Assembly: GCF_037042905.1 (NCBI RefSeq)
Contig: NC_087252.1
Location: forward strand, 9,116,001-9,180,000
DNA: 64,000 nt
DNA from: Lytechinus pictus
Taxonomy: Eukaryota
Reading direction: 5' to 3'
Below, piece after piece: positions 38,801 through 52,271 of this stretch. Position 1 is the stretch's first letter. Every line of letters begins with the position of its first letter. The notes under the pieces were generated by a model. The model did not search any database, was not told the origin of the DNA, and saw only the letters and a list, made by a program, of their open reading frames with translations. The position numbers and the translations under genes are program-made.

Positions 38801-40005
38801 AAAACCCTGTTGAAATGACATTTGATTATATTGTCAAACGGAACAATTATACGGATCTTATCGAAAAGGAGAAAACATAAATATTATGAATAGCTTTAAA
38901 TCTTTCAAAATATCCAGCAGGAATGATGCCCGACCCGGACTGTAATTCCCCCGGAACTCAAGGCGGGATGTGTCAGGCGTAGCCGTAGAAGCAGCAGGCT
39001 GGAATTGCCAGGCTTGACATGACTTAGAATTTTTTGCACATTTTACAGAAAAATCAAGTGAATATTGTTTATATGAATCACAGAGATAACTGGATATTAT
39101 ACAATTTACATGACTTCCATTAAAAGTAAATTTGCATAATTTAAACGGATTAAAGAGAACACAAACACACACAGTCAGTCGTGTAATTCCCCATCAGAAC
39201 AACTCATCACCGTGACCCAACCATGTAGGGGTTCTTAAAGTGTAGGCTAAGGGCTATCTAAGAAATATAACAGATGCCTATATAATATATACATGTATTG
39301 ATGTAAGATCTCGATATATCAGAGATTCAGTCATACAGACAATGACAGATGGAGTTATTTTAAATGAACCAAAGCCTTTTTAATTGAATTTGCATTTGTG
39401 AAAGGTGGGCCTAAATAGCAAACAGTTGTCAATACTGTTGGTGGTTGGTAAGATATATTTAAAAAAAATTCCACCAGTAAGATCTGTTTAATATCAAGAA
39501 TACAAAGTTATCTCAAACCTGTATGTAACAGCCAAGTTGCAGTGGTAATAATTGATGGGAAGAGCACCGAAAATTGACTTTATATCAATGTGTTGTTATT
39601 ATTATTTAAACAAAATACAGTCGATCCTACTCAAGAAAAGATCTGCATTGGTATACAATAACGGGATATGGATCAAGATGATTTAATTCAAATTACAGCT
39701 ACAATTTCATTTCAGTAATCTACATCTGCCAAACCGTGTGTTTGAGAAGTGTTGTAACACACACTCTTAAAACTGTTGGGCAACATATAGTCCACACAGC
39801 AATCGGTTAAAACTTTATCCAATTCTGGGTAGTTTTAAACCAATAATGTGTGCTTTGTTTGAAAACTGGCCAAAGTTGGATAAAAGTTTAAATCAATTTT
39901 TGTGTGGACAGTATGTTGCCTAACATTTTAAGAATCATATGTGTACCTTTAAACTGAACAAAATCAACAGTGAGCTGTCATCAGACAAGGAAAATCATAT
40001 TTGGC
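35897..40005. repeat. tandem segmental repeat, ~2.6 units of ~1.55-1.6 kb
   Basis: Anchor AATCAAGTGAA at 35914, 37450, 39052; long colinear similarity 36480-37450 vs 38080-39050. Confidence 0.9.
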
Positions 40006-42112
40006 CTATATGGCATAATAAGAGCTCATAGAATTCTAAGGGTGGCGGAGCGAAGATGAAGGGGGGGGGGGGGCAAGGAAAAAGGGCACGTATTTTTTTC
40101 CCGAAATTGCACTCTCTTGAAACAAAGCAAAAATGCTAACTTATCTACCCATGCACTCACAAAGCTTTAATAATTATAATAATATAATAATAATAATATT
40201 ACTCAATATTTATAACGCGCTTTTCCCAAATGGCCCTAAGCGCTCACAATATCAATTAACATATTCATACAAACAAAAATCGGAATGATATATTATTTTA
40301 ATGAAGGCAATTGCCTAGATCAAGAGAGATTCATTTAACCCATGAAACTAAGGTACATAGCCTATCATTTGATTTTAGCAACAGCCTTGTTTTCCTCGAG
40401 GCTCGATATAATATATTCAGTAATTCAAAATGTGTTTTTCCAGAATCTTTATAATAGGAAAACTTGTGCCAAAGGAAAAGGGACGCTGTTAGAACATTAA
40501 CTAATTGAACATTTATCAAAAGTAAACAGGGGCATATTATAATACACAGTAAATACGCTGTTTAACATTTTATACAACGCTGTTTACTATATGAACCTTG
40601 CAGTATTTGTTTAACCATTTAAACAATCCTGTTTAATTTATTGAAGATTAGATATTGAAAATTAAACTTTTTTGCTTATAAGAATTAAACACTAACCCTT
40701 ATTTAAACCTTTTAAACAATTACTATAATGTTCGTATAGTAAACAGCGTTGTATATTTTTTTACTATATAATGTTGGACAATCAATAATTTAGAGGTTAT
40801 ATATAGGGATGAATTTCATTATCAAAATAAATTTGTTCTTGTACACGGAGGCTCGAACAAGACAGAATTTCGATTTCAGTAACACTACTCTGAACGCTAA
40901 GATTTTATTGGATGGAATGTTGATATAAGTTATATCAAATGTTATTACAATTTATTTGCTTTTCGGATCACTACCAATCGTACATTGTGCACCGCGGGGA
41001 TTCCAGTCTCATATTTTGTAGTTAAGAAATGTTGAGGTCCGTGCGGGGAGCACCTTTAAAGTCGAATTACAGATCTATGGATTATCAATGTATAGATAAA
41101 TAACCCATCAGTAGCAACTGTTCAGTAAATTTTTAAAAATGACCTCTGGAATAATATATCTTATACAAGAAATAATGATAGTTATTCAACAACAACACAA
41201 ACAATAATGTGACAATAATGAATTATTCTTGGCGAACAGAAAGTTTGGGAAACACAAAATGAATAATGAAACTGAAAAACATAGGAAATATAGTATTCTG
41301 GCTTAAAATATTTCCCACAGCCTTAATATTACGATCATGGTTCCTGTTGATTGTTTTTAAATGCTAACTGTATTAAGCTATGCAACCCAATGTGGTGTGA
41401 TTGCTGTACTTCTAATTATTTCGTTTAATCCAATACTGTCGGCGCTAGGAGGACAGGATTCCTTGCAAATTTAAGATCACTGACATAATGATAAGTTACA
41501 CTCCCCGGGGTCAAACTCACGGTCTACATTGAATAACCGTAAACCGTGTATTCTTTTTTCGGAAGCTCAGCTGTAATTGACAACATAAGAGAATCAGCTG
41601 AAGAAAAATAAAATCATTATCTAATGTTAAAGTTATGTCCTGCCATGGCTCATGTAAAAATATATCAGATAAGCACACGCACCATGAACACGGGCCTGAT
41701 ATGACATGGACCAAAGATTGTTGCACGGTGCATATGCCTTTAATTTTTCTGCCATATTTTTGGCATACACGACGATCCGAAGGGGGGGGGGAGTGGCTCA
41801 TCCTTGAATTTTAAAGCCAAATGTAATTCTGTTGTGTTGGCTAAAAATATTGTATACGAATCATGAAGGCTATAAACAATTATTCAGGTGAGCAGGGAGT
41901 ATTTTTTTACAGAAAAATGATTTTGCCACTCTCGTATTTTATGCAACTTTTTTTTAAATTGTGTTTTCTTCTCACTGGTATAACTATCAACAATGATCAA
42001 GGGGCTATGTCCCAAAAGAGATGTATGTGATAAGCTTTGAAGCTTTATCTCCCCCTCTCCTTCCCTCCACGCATGTACAGCTTGTAACAAAATCGTCTTC
42101 TACCAGAAAGTA

Positions 42113-42333
42113 CACAGCAAAAACTGTGGTGTTAACCGGTGTACATAGAGGACCACACCAGTTATTTTACACCGGTGTTAAATTGGTGGTGTAAGTTTTA
42201 CACCTATAGGTGTTATTACAACTCCTATGGTTGTTACATTTACACTCTTTGGTGTTATGTTCAATCTCTAGGGTGTCACATCTCAGGGTGTGGTCCTCTT
42301 GGTGTCAGTTTTAATACCACTGTTTTTACAGTG
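42113..42333. mobile_element. MITE with CAC...GTG ends, TA flanks
   Basis: TA|CACAGCAAAAACTGTGGTGTTAA...TTAATACCACTGTTTTTACAGTG|TA. Confidence 0.75.
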
Positions 42334-45300
42334 TATAAATGCAATGCCTCAGACCAGAGAGCTATTACTGGACCTAGCATGGAGCTATACAAAATACCGT
42401 GCAGACCATGGGTCAAGGGGTCAATACGGGGTTCCATTATTGTTAGCACTGACTTCTGGCAATTTTAGGGATATCCTTGGATTTTATTGTCTACGAAACA
42501 AATTTCATGAAGGAGTTTCTCGACTTCGTTTGATCGCCGGAGATGGAAAGTTTTATTTTCCCTCGCTCGACCCAGATGGATTGTGCATTTATTCGACATG
42601 TTCGATAGCGTAAATGATGTAAATCAATGTGGGAACTAGGCGAGTGATACAGTTTTCAATTATTACTATATCATAGGACAGAATGGTCGGGAGAATGTTG
42701 TCCAAACCGTCTTTCAAATATTATGTATAGTTTACAGTAGTTATCACATCAAGGGCTATGTATATGGGGCTCCGTGAATATAAGAATACTACCATTTCTC
42801 ACTTATCGTGTTAACAGACAAGGCCTATCTAGATTTTTTTCCGGATGGCTATTGCTATGGATATTAAATTTTCAGCAGTTGAAAGACAGAATAGTGTCTA
42901 AAACGTCGTTCAAGGGGGTATGTAAGTGAGCGTAGTGAGTGCATGAGCCTTGAAGATTTAAAAGTTGTTGAAAGTAATGTGCTTATTATTACAGAGGAAA
43001 GTAAGGGGAAGAAGAACGAAAACTTAATAGGCCTAATAGGAAAACGAAATATAAATTAGTTGTTACATCACAGTTGGCAAATAAGGATAAAAAATGTTCT
43101 TTGAAGTCGAATCATTTAAGTATATAGGTACTTTATTACAAATGTTTATAAAATGAGCAGAACGAATTTCCATGTGAACAATAAAATAAAACTAAAATTG
43201 AAATGAAAACTATAGTTTTACTAACTTTTTAGAGGTGAGATATTTAGATAATGGTTATCGGGCATAGGGATGTCATATGAAATAATATGCCGTCACAGGC
43301 CACAGCTTAAAAAAACTTGGAAATATCACGATGATTAAATCGAAAAGGACAGAATTTGAACAAGCTTTAAAACTGTATCCAGAGATGATGTAATTACCCT
43401 ATAAAATGAATAAAATTGTAGAGATATGTCGGAAATGTTGTTGTCCTGTCATAAAACGGCATTGATTTGATCAATGCCATTGATCATACACTTAACTGTT
43501 TTGAAATATTAAAAAAAAATATATATATATCACTCGCTTCTACAAATATACCAGAATAAAAATGATAAGAGCACACCACTCAAATCCACGCCTGTGTATG
43601 CATAGAGCTATCCATGGTGTATGTAAGGGTGGTTTGATTGGTTCATGATCAAAGTTTTATTATTTAAAGGTCAATGGAATCATACAGTTCATGTGGAGTC
43701 GTTAATGATAATGAAAAACATTATTGCGGTCGTAGAATAAATTGTGCACAATACTATGAACTCAGCAGCGTGCAAATAATGAGAATCTGAAATGATTAAG
43801 ATTTACAATAAATAAACAACAAATAAATATGTATACTTAAAAATCGAAATAACATGAATTAGAAACTAGAAAATTATATCATGATTGACTGCAAAAGTGG
43901 AGCGACCGCAGAGGAATTTTTCGTTTTTAGAATGCAAAATTAGCCAAAATAAAACATTTTGACTGCATTAAATTATGAATTCACGCGTTATTATTTGAAC
44001 ATTAATCAATTAACATTTTTTCTTTTAAATACATTTATCTTCACAAGGTGTGTATTGATTATCTCTAATGAAATTACTATTGGTAATTACAGGCGGGCAA
44101 TGCTTGCATATAATGCCCACTTGGATGTGGATGTTATATATCCACGTTCTGCATGTGCACTTTTCCAGTCCTCCTGGCAGTGGTCAAGCATGGAGCTAAT
44201 AGCTCCATGGGTCAAGGGTTTAACCCCTAGCTCAAACTACAAGGTCTGAAGAAGATGAAATGAACATTTGTATGCTGATCGTGATTCATAGGTCCGTGGT
44301 CATACCATGGACCCTACATTGGACAAAATAAAGACGTTCACATCTACAGATGAATAAACAGCAGTTCTTCATGACTTTTCTCTATGGATATTGCCATCCT
44401 CCAAGATGGTTGTACCATCTGGCACAAACTTACATTAATGTAAACAATATATGGATTAATATTTTCACTGAACAATCCATCATGTTTTCTCTCTCTCTCC
44501 ATCGTCCTTACACATGTATGCGTTGATTTTCTACGGTGAAACCAGATATATAACCCCGGGATATAACTCAAAATTTCGCGCGTAACGTCAGTGTTGGCGG
44601 GAACTTTCTCACTGGAAAACAAAATGAGGGAATATGCTTTCGCGCGGGCTTCTGTACATTGTGATATATATCATGGCGACGAATTGTCCACCATTAGCTG
44701 ATTAGCATGCATGACCAGCGGAACACGTTGATGTTGTGAGTATACCTTTTCCCTATAAATTGTATTCTTCCTGAAGGAAATGTAAATTTGAATATTATAA
44801 GCACATACAGTAAATATGTGTTTTCGAAACATACGTCAATAAGAAAATAATCTACATGTAATTTTCACACGATTGGCGTCTCATAAATTAAAGCAGCTCG
44901 TTTATTAGGCCTGTTGTCAACTAAAAATCCCGTGAATTGTCATTGTAAATAAAAGTAAATAAAATTGAATGAATGATTATGCGCGAGCAGTATTATGATA
45001 TCAAGAGGATTCATCATTTCCACGAAGGCTGGGGTGGGAACTCAACTTATAAACTCACGCCGCGTGCATATGGAGAACTTGGCTTTGGGGCGCTTGCTCC
45101 TGACTAAAAAAATCACGACCAGGGAAAAAAACAGAAATTGAAAGGAGAGAAATAATACATTTTCTGAATATGTCCAAATTTATCATAATACTTATGTCAG
45201 AATTTTTGCTTCCACACTGACAACTTTCAATGAGTGTACTGACAATCAGTGTATATACATGTTTTATATATTTATTTCTATGTCGTCTGATATTGTCTCA

Positions 45301-45865
45301 ATGTAATCTGTACTTTTATCCTGAATTCCTTTCAATGTTTTTACTCTCTTATATTGTTGTCCTCTTAAAATTGTATGCGTGAACCAGAATTTTGTGTTAT
45401 TATGATCACAGTTTACAATCATTACATATTCATTTTTATTCACTTGTACATTCATATTATTCATTTTATTATTCCTTGCTCCTTGTGAAAACCTTTTTTA
45501 ATAACGTGATATCAGCCTAATTCATTCAATTCATTCATTTTATAAAATATTTAGTGTAAATTCTTGCCAAACTATTTAATTTTATGATCTTTTCTTATAA
45601 CATATATTATGTCACTTTTGTTATTCTGTTTGATTTACCGTACATGTTATGTTTCTTTCATGTGTGTTTACTTTTTACTTTTTACTTTGTATTGTATATG
45701 GACCCCATGGAAGAACAGTATAGTCATGTAGACTAAACTGAAAATGGGCTATCCATCCGTTTTGCATTTTTTTAATACGGAAAATGATTACTATACTATA
45801 CTATCCAGCCCTTACAAAAATTTGGCTCATTATGCCACTTTTTCAATTCAATTCAATTCAACTAA

Positions 45866-46724
45866 AGGGATACATATTCCAGCCGGGCTGAAAATAATAT
45901 AATTTAAAGAGATAAATAAAAATCAGGCAAACAAAACATTGGGTCCGAATCGGGCAAGGAATAATAAAGTTTTGGCATTTTAAAGATTTGCCTTATTTCG
46001 GTGAAACAGTTCTAGGCATGTCTTTATATGAATATTCAGTGAGCAAGGTGATGATGTCATATCCCCACTTGTTCTTTTGTATTATGGAATTAGGTTTATA
46101 CATTCTTTTTCTAGCAAGAACTAAAAAAATTGGATTGACAACAGATTAAGTGCATCAGATATTCATTGCTGCAATTTATTTCATTATAAGGGAGACACAT
46201 CAAGCAATACTAATTTAATGTAATAACATAAAAAAAGGACAGTGGGGACACTAGCGTACCTACGGGGGGCAGTCTGCCCCCCCGGACGAGTCACAACCCA
46301 TGCAAAGGACGTATCCCTGCCCCCCCCCCCCCTGACGAGCATGAAACACCCTTTTTGCCCCCCCCCCCCCTGACGAGCTTAAATACCTTTATTGCCCTCC
46401 CCTGACGGGCTTGAAGACCTTTTTTTTGCTTGTCACTATTTTTTCTGGTACAATATCCGTTATTTTTGATAGAAGACCTTTTTTGCTGCACCCCCCTGTA
46501 GAAAATCCTAGGTACGCCACTGAGTGGGGATGTGACATCATCAGCCCACCTAATGAATATTCATGATAACGTGCAGATAACTATTTTCACAAAATATTGA
46601 TAAACTTTGAAATTCAATTACTTCGTTATTTGTAATCCGATTTTGATAAAATTTTCAGCATTTTGCTCTGTGAATTATACTCTATTCATTTAGATGTAAA
46701 TATTGTTCAGACTTGAGTACCCCT
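45866..46724. mobile_element. Kolobok-type MITE
   Basis: CTAA|AGGGATAC...GTACCCCT|TTAA; body similar to 18595-19189. Confidence 0.7.
46249..46522. mobile_element. hAT-type MITE nested in the Kolobok-type MITE
   Basis: TIR CACTAGCGTACCTA / TAGGTACGCCACTG; perfect 8-bp TSD AGTGGGGA. Confidence 0.85.
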
Positions 46725-48135
46725 TTAAGGTTTATTGAAAAAAAAATGAATTGAGAATTAAAAATGATTTAGATTCACAATAGTAAATGATAAAGAAGAG
46801 AGATAAAAATGTGCAATTAAAAATATAGATAAAAATGAATAAAAACAAATATGTTTGCTTATAATACTATAAACGAGAAGGCGGCATAGAAGATAGAAAA
46901 GCCTTATTGGTGCTGCCATCAAAAGAACAAAATAATGAATCTAAACCAAATGTATTGACATGAGGCTATGTTCAATGTGCGAAAAGCCGACTTGTCGTGC
47001 ATCAAATTTCTTGTTCAAAGTTTATTTTAACATAAAATTTCATATTTTATTCATTTTTTGCATATTTTGTCAAAATCGTGTAAAAGAGCAATGGAAATAA
47101 TCATAATTAGCCATTTTCTGTACTTCACCCAGCCTAATGACCTTCTGTTTGTATTGGACCAGACTTCGCTCTTTCTCCAGACCAGTCTGGCGGGAGTGTC
47201 AGTAAAAAAACGATGGCTTTGGTGTAATGTATGACACATTGACACATTGCTTCATTTAATTGCTAATTTAAAAATGATATACTTAATTGCAGAATAGTTA
47301 TTGCTGGTCAAATTGGTCGTTTTCATTATTATCTAGGGATGCCTTATGAAGTGATTATAATCCATCACAGGCCACAATAGGCTTATATAAATACATGGAA
47401 ATAGCACGATGATTTGAAATAAAAAAAAATTAAACAATTATCGGACAAATTGTGAACAATCTTTAAAATTATATTCAAAGATGATGCAGTCACCCTATAT
47501 ATTGAATATAATTATTGCAAAGATATATGGGGACTACTGTCCGAACATAATGTTTCATTAACGGCTTGATTTGATCAAAGTCATCTCATCATACACTCTT
47601 GACTGCCTTGCAGTATGGGATAGGACTTTTTTGTAAAAAAAAAGGGTATGACCCCACCGCTTACATTCACGCCAGTGTGTCTACTTTGATTGGTTCATAA
47701 AGTCAATGAAAGTTTGTTTGTGTACTAGTACTAGCATAAAGCTCCATGATAGCTCCATGGTACTAGCATGATTGGACCATAGAGCTATTAGCTCTAAGAT
47801 TGGACAAATCGAAGTGTTTAGATCTACACGAGAATAAACAGAAGTTTAATTCCTCTATCAATATTGCCACCCTCCAAGAGTTGGACCGTCGTTCACATAT
47901 GGATTGAATCAATCAGGCTTTCTCTCCCTTTCTCCATCCTCTTTCACGTACACGCTTGTATTCTCAACGGATATGTCCATGGCGAAACCAAGGATACACA
48001 GTAGCTCAAAATTTCACCCGGAGTGTGACTGCCATAAGTGGTGGCGGGAACTTGCCCAATGGAAAAAAACTGAGGAATTTCAATATGCTTTTGCGCCAGC
48101 GCCTGTACATGACTCTCATGGCGATGACAATTTAA

Positions 48136-48730
48136 AGGGGAATCCAGCCTTGGCCATAAAATTTTGTGTTGGGAAGGTGAAAAATAAATTAAACAGAATG
48201 GTGAAAGTTTGAAAGAAATCAGACAAGCAATAAGAAAGTTATAGCTGCTTTAAAATTGAGATCATTAATAGTATGTAGATTTCAAATTGGCAACTGGGTA
48301 AGTAAATTATGACAAGAAGCAAGGACAACTTTCCCATAGGCCATGTACTTTATTATCAGGGATTTGTGGTTTTCTCCTGAGTACCCATTCCCCTGAGGCA
48401 GTAATCTAAATATAACCCAGGTAGTATACTGTTTTATGTCCTCATGAAAGAAAAATATAATTTGAAATAAAACTGTTGGGAAAAATGACATTTTAGCCAT
48501 AATATGTATTGGAGTACATAGAAGAGTAGTCCTTGCCTTACATCACTATGACATCCCATGTGCGGCCAATTTGAAGTCTCCATGAGTATAGTGATTACCA
48601 ATATTTACAACTTTCAAAAATTCATAACTTTCTTGTTGTTTGTCCGATATTGTTCAAACTTTCACATTTCAACTTGTCTGATTTTTCTTTTTCTTATAAA
48701 AACAAGTTTTTATTTGGGTTGGATTCCCCT
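48136..48730. mobile_element. Kolobok-type MITE
   Basis: TTAA|AGGGGAATCCA...TGGATTCCCCT|TTAA; absent from the paralogous copy at ~44680. Confidence 0.85.
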
Positions 48731-50576
48731 TTAATGTATACCAATTCCAGGTACCAATATACATGTATAATGCATGACCAGCGGAGCAGATGCTTGAGAA
48801 TACACATGTTTTCCTATAGACTTAATATTGTATCAATTTAAGGGAAATCCTTCCTGAAAGAAATGTATTTGCATACTATAAGCATACGAATAGAGGTTCT
48901 CGAAACAAACGTCAAGAAATAAACCTATGTAATCTTCACATGATTTGCGTCTCTGCATTAATCAAAACAGCTCTTTCGTTAGGCCTGTGCGGTGTGCATA
49001 TTAAGTCCTGAACATTGGCATTGTAAGTGAAAATAGATAAATGATGGAATAAATAAGTTAATCAATTATTTAATAATGATTTTAAAAATCATTTTTATTA
49101 TTCATGTTTTTTTTCTTTAAAACAAAACTTGCGTAATATTTTCAATGATTACGGATGCGCGGGCAGTACCACATGATAATTATACAAGGTGGAATCGTGT
49201 TTAGGGTGTTTAAGAGCCTTGGGCAGTTGGGCCCCTTTTCCTCGAAGTTTGGTGGGGGAGCTTAACTTAAAACTATTCAGTGGCGCACAGATACCCCCCC
49301 CCTGGGTCGCTTTACCCCCCATACCCCCAAAAGAAATGAAAATCACGATTAAGAAAGAAAAAATAGAGAAGTGTGAAATTCATTATTTGAATATTATGTC
49401 AACATTTTATCACAATATCGTAATTGTTTTAAAATGTTAAAATCTTTTTCATAAATATACCCGAAAAGCTATACAGCTCCCTCATTTTTTTGCTCATTAC
49501 GCCACTGATTTAATTCAATTCATGCGAGGTTCATTTAAAAAAAATCTGCTGCAACCACCATAGTGCCAGAATTATTTTGATGTAGCCGGGAATTGATTAG
49601 AAAGTTTTAGTTGGTAAGCTTTATATTTCCTTCATGCGAGAGATACACAAGAAATCGAAATGATTTGTGAAACGAGGAGACAGCTCATAAATAGCCTTAT
49701 TATGGTGCTGCCACAAAAAGAACAAAATAATAAATCGATACCCAAAGTCTTGACATGAGGCTATGTTCCATGTGCAGAAAGTCGACTTCTCGGGCATCAA
49801 TTTTCTTCGTTCAAAGTTTGTTTTAACATGAAATTTCTTACTTTATTTATTTTTCTACATGTTTAGTCGAAATTACGTAAATGATAAAGGGAAAAATCAT
49901 AATTAGCTAATTTCTATACTTCACCCAGCCCAATGACCTTCTATTTACATCGGGGCCAGACTTCGTAGTCTACGTACAGTTGTTTGTCCAGACCAGCTTG
50001 GTGTGAATGTCAGATAAAAAAATAAACAATGGCGTTGGTGGAAAAAAATTAATTAAAGTATATGATACATTGATTCATCTAATTGTTAATTCATTAACTA
50101 TGTACTTGCAGAATAGAAAGTGCTGGTCATATTGGTCGATGCCATTATGATATCCAATATAATGTATGAATATACAGACTATCCGATTACCTATCTGGGG
50201 AGCGAGCGCCCTTCGTCCGCTCGTAAAAAAGGACATTAAATCGAGACGGTTTCAAGTGATTCAGCAATGGTATACGACCGTTGTCAAAATTTGAGAGGAA
50301 TTGAAGTTCTCTGACCTTCGCCATTGGCTCAACGATGTATGAAAAATCTCAAATATATATTGTTTTCAACTAATTTACAACTACCCCCTTTTACCCAAAC
50401 GAGATAAAAACGAGTGATTTTGGCCAAGTAGAAAAGGAGTTGAATTGGAGACCATTCGTGACATTTATGAGTTATAAACGAAAGAGAATTGAGAGATTTT
50501 GGCCGGGGATCTCATAGTGTAGACTGTCAAGTGGGCAATCAATCTTTGTTGAAACCATTTTTTTATCAGCACCTTC

Positions 50577-50772
50577 GGTAATAATGGCAGCGGTAATAAT
50601 GGCAAAGGTAAAAATGGCAGTGGTAATAATGGAAGCGGTGATGCTGGCGAAGGTAAAAATGGCAGGGGTAATAATGGCAGAGGTAAAAATGGCGAAGGTA
50701 AAAATGGCAGTGGTGATAGTGGCAAAGGTAAAAATGGCGAAGATAAAAATGGAGGGGTAATAACGGCAGAGG
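50577..50772 (+). repeat. 15-bp tandem repeat (GGTAAAAATGGCAGA)n, 13 units; continues at 56304-56363 after the LINE
   Basis: Direct reading; the array resumes in register on the far side of the insertion. Confidence 0.92.
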
Positions 50773-50853
50773 GAGATAGGAGAAAGATGGCGCCCTACTA
50801 AATCAAACTGTATTATTTCTCATCGTGGAAAATTTCTGTAATATCATTTAAAA

Positions 50854-51819
50854 ATGAGTGGAAAGAAAAGACAGATGGACAAAAAGGACGTTTCACCAAG
50901 GATTTCCCAATACTTCACCCCTTCTGGCTCAATTTCAGACAGAACAGAGATGGACATCGATGAAAACTCGGATATTCTACTTGAAAATCTCACTCAGCAG
51001 TCAGTGCTTAATACTGGAATCAGCGAAGTAGGCCAGGAGTCGCACCCGGAAGCTGCCGGGGGAAAGGAGAGGGAAAAAGACGAAGACGAACCGCGGGCGG
51101 AGAAGAAGCGGAAGATCAATGGAGATGAAAAGGTGCAGGCAAGTACTACCACTGAAGATTTACTAGCAAGGCTTCTTGACAGAATGGATCAAATGAACTC
51201 AAAGTTCAATGACATTGTGGCCAGATTAGACTTATCACTTGCTCAGATTGATAATAATAAGAGAGAGATAGAAGAAGTGAAGGAAAAGCAAGAAGGGATT
51301 GAGTTTGACATTGATTCAATCAAAGAGAAATTGCACGCACAAGAAAAGGAGAATGAGAAGTTATGCGAACGTCTGACTGACCTATCCGCCAGGGGAATGA
51401 GAAACACACTTGTGTTCCAAGGCTTTCCAGAGGGTGCTGAGAACAAGAATTGTGAAAATTTGATCCAGTCATTTGCCAAGTCGCATTTGCAGATTGAAGC
51501 TGAAGTAATCATCGAAAGGGCACATCGCAGCGGAAGCACCTCATCACCTCGACCAAGGCCGATTATTGCAGCTTTTAATCGGTACACAACCAAAAACATG
51601 ATCCTGGTAAATGCACGTCGCTTCTTGAAGGAGAAACCCTTTGAGCATAATGGAAAGCATCCTATTTACGTGGATGAAATGTTGCCCAAGGAAATTCGTG
51701 AACAACGGAAGAAGCTGAAAGAGGAAAATACAAGGAGAGTGGTGTACTTCAAGTATCCTGCTCGCATCTTCTACAAAGAAGGAAAAGACGGGAAGGAGAG
51801 AGAATACAAGATGAAATAA
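50854..51819 (+). CDS. LINE ORF1p (coiled coil + L1-type RRM + CTD), 321 aa
   Basis: Heptad-rich region then DLSARGMRNTLVFQGFPEG, IERAHR, PRPRPIIAAF, FKYPARI. Confidence 0.9.
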   Translation: MSGKKRQMDKKDVSPRISQYFTPSGSISDRTEMDIDENSDILLENLTQQSVLNTGISEVGQESHPEAAGGKEREKDEDEPRAEKKRKINGDEKVQASTTTEDLLARLLDRMDQMNSKFNDIVARLDLSLAQIDNNKREIEEVKEKQEGIEFDIDSIKEKLHAQEKENEKLCERLTDLSARGMRNTLVFQGFPEGAENKNCENLIQSFAKSHLQIEAEVIIERAHRSGSTSSPRPRPIIAAFNRYTTKNMILVNARRFLKEKPFEHNGKHPIYVDEMLPKEIREQRKKLKEENTRRVVYFKYPARIFYKEGKDGKEREYKMK

Positions 51820-52271
51820 CTCAAAACGTCAAAGGAAAGAAAATGTTATCATTCCACATCGAAATGCCGGAAACATAAAAAAAATAAAATAAAAAAAAAA
51901 GCACACAAAAACCTGAATAATGTTATAGAGTTGGACTTACCTTGTCTTCTTAAAAACAATAAGAAAAGTGAAAAGGAATACTTAGAATTAAGATAATGAC
52001 AAGAGCTTAAACTTTTGTGTTTTTTAAAACTATTTTTCATGAACTGTTTCCAAGAGTGAACTTTTGTAGTTGAATATGTGGAAAACCACTCAAAGGAGAA
52101 AAGGAAAGACCACGATGTAGAGCGCCACCTTGATCTCCCTAAGGCATACAGAAGAACTAGCCTTTGGTATGATTTGTTTTTTGTGTTTTTTGTTTGCTGA
52201 ACCTGATTGTTTAATATATGTTGAACCTGATCATATGATGGTGGTACTTTTAAGAAATTCATATCTCAATT

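Larger units (their letters stand above)
43250..50150. repeat. old tandem duplication (X-Y)(X'-Y')
   Basis: X 43250-45000 resembles X' 47330-49050; Y 46870-47330 resembles Y' 49690-50150; each copy has independent MITE insertions. Confidence 0.8.

Noticed and set aside
50465..50772. Gly-Asn-rich (GKNGx)n or Pro/Leu-rich protein from the 15-mer array
   Set aside because: A 1-bp deletion breaks the frame, there is no start or splice context, and any 15-bp repeat yields pentapeptides.
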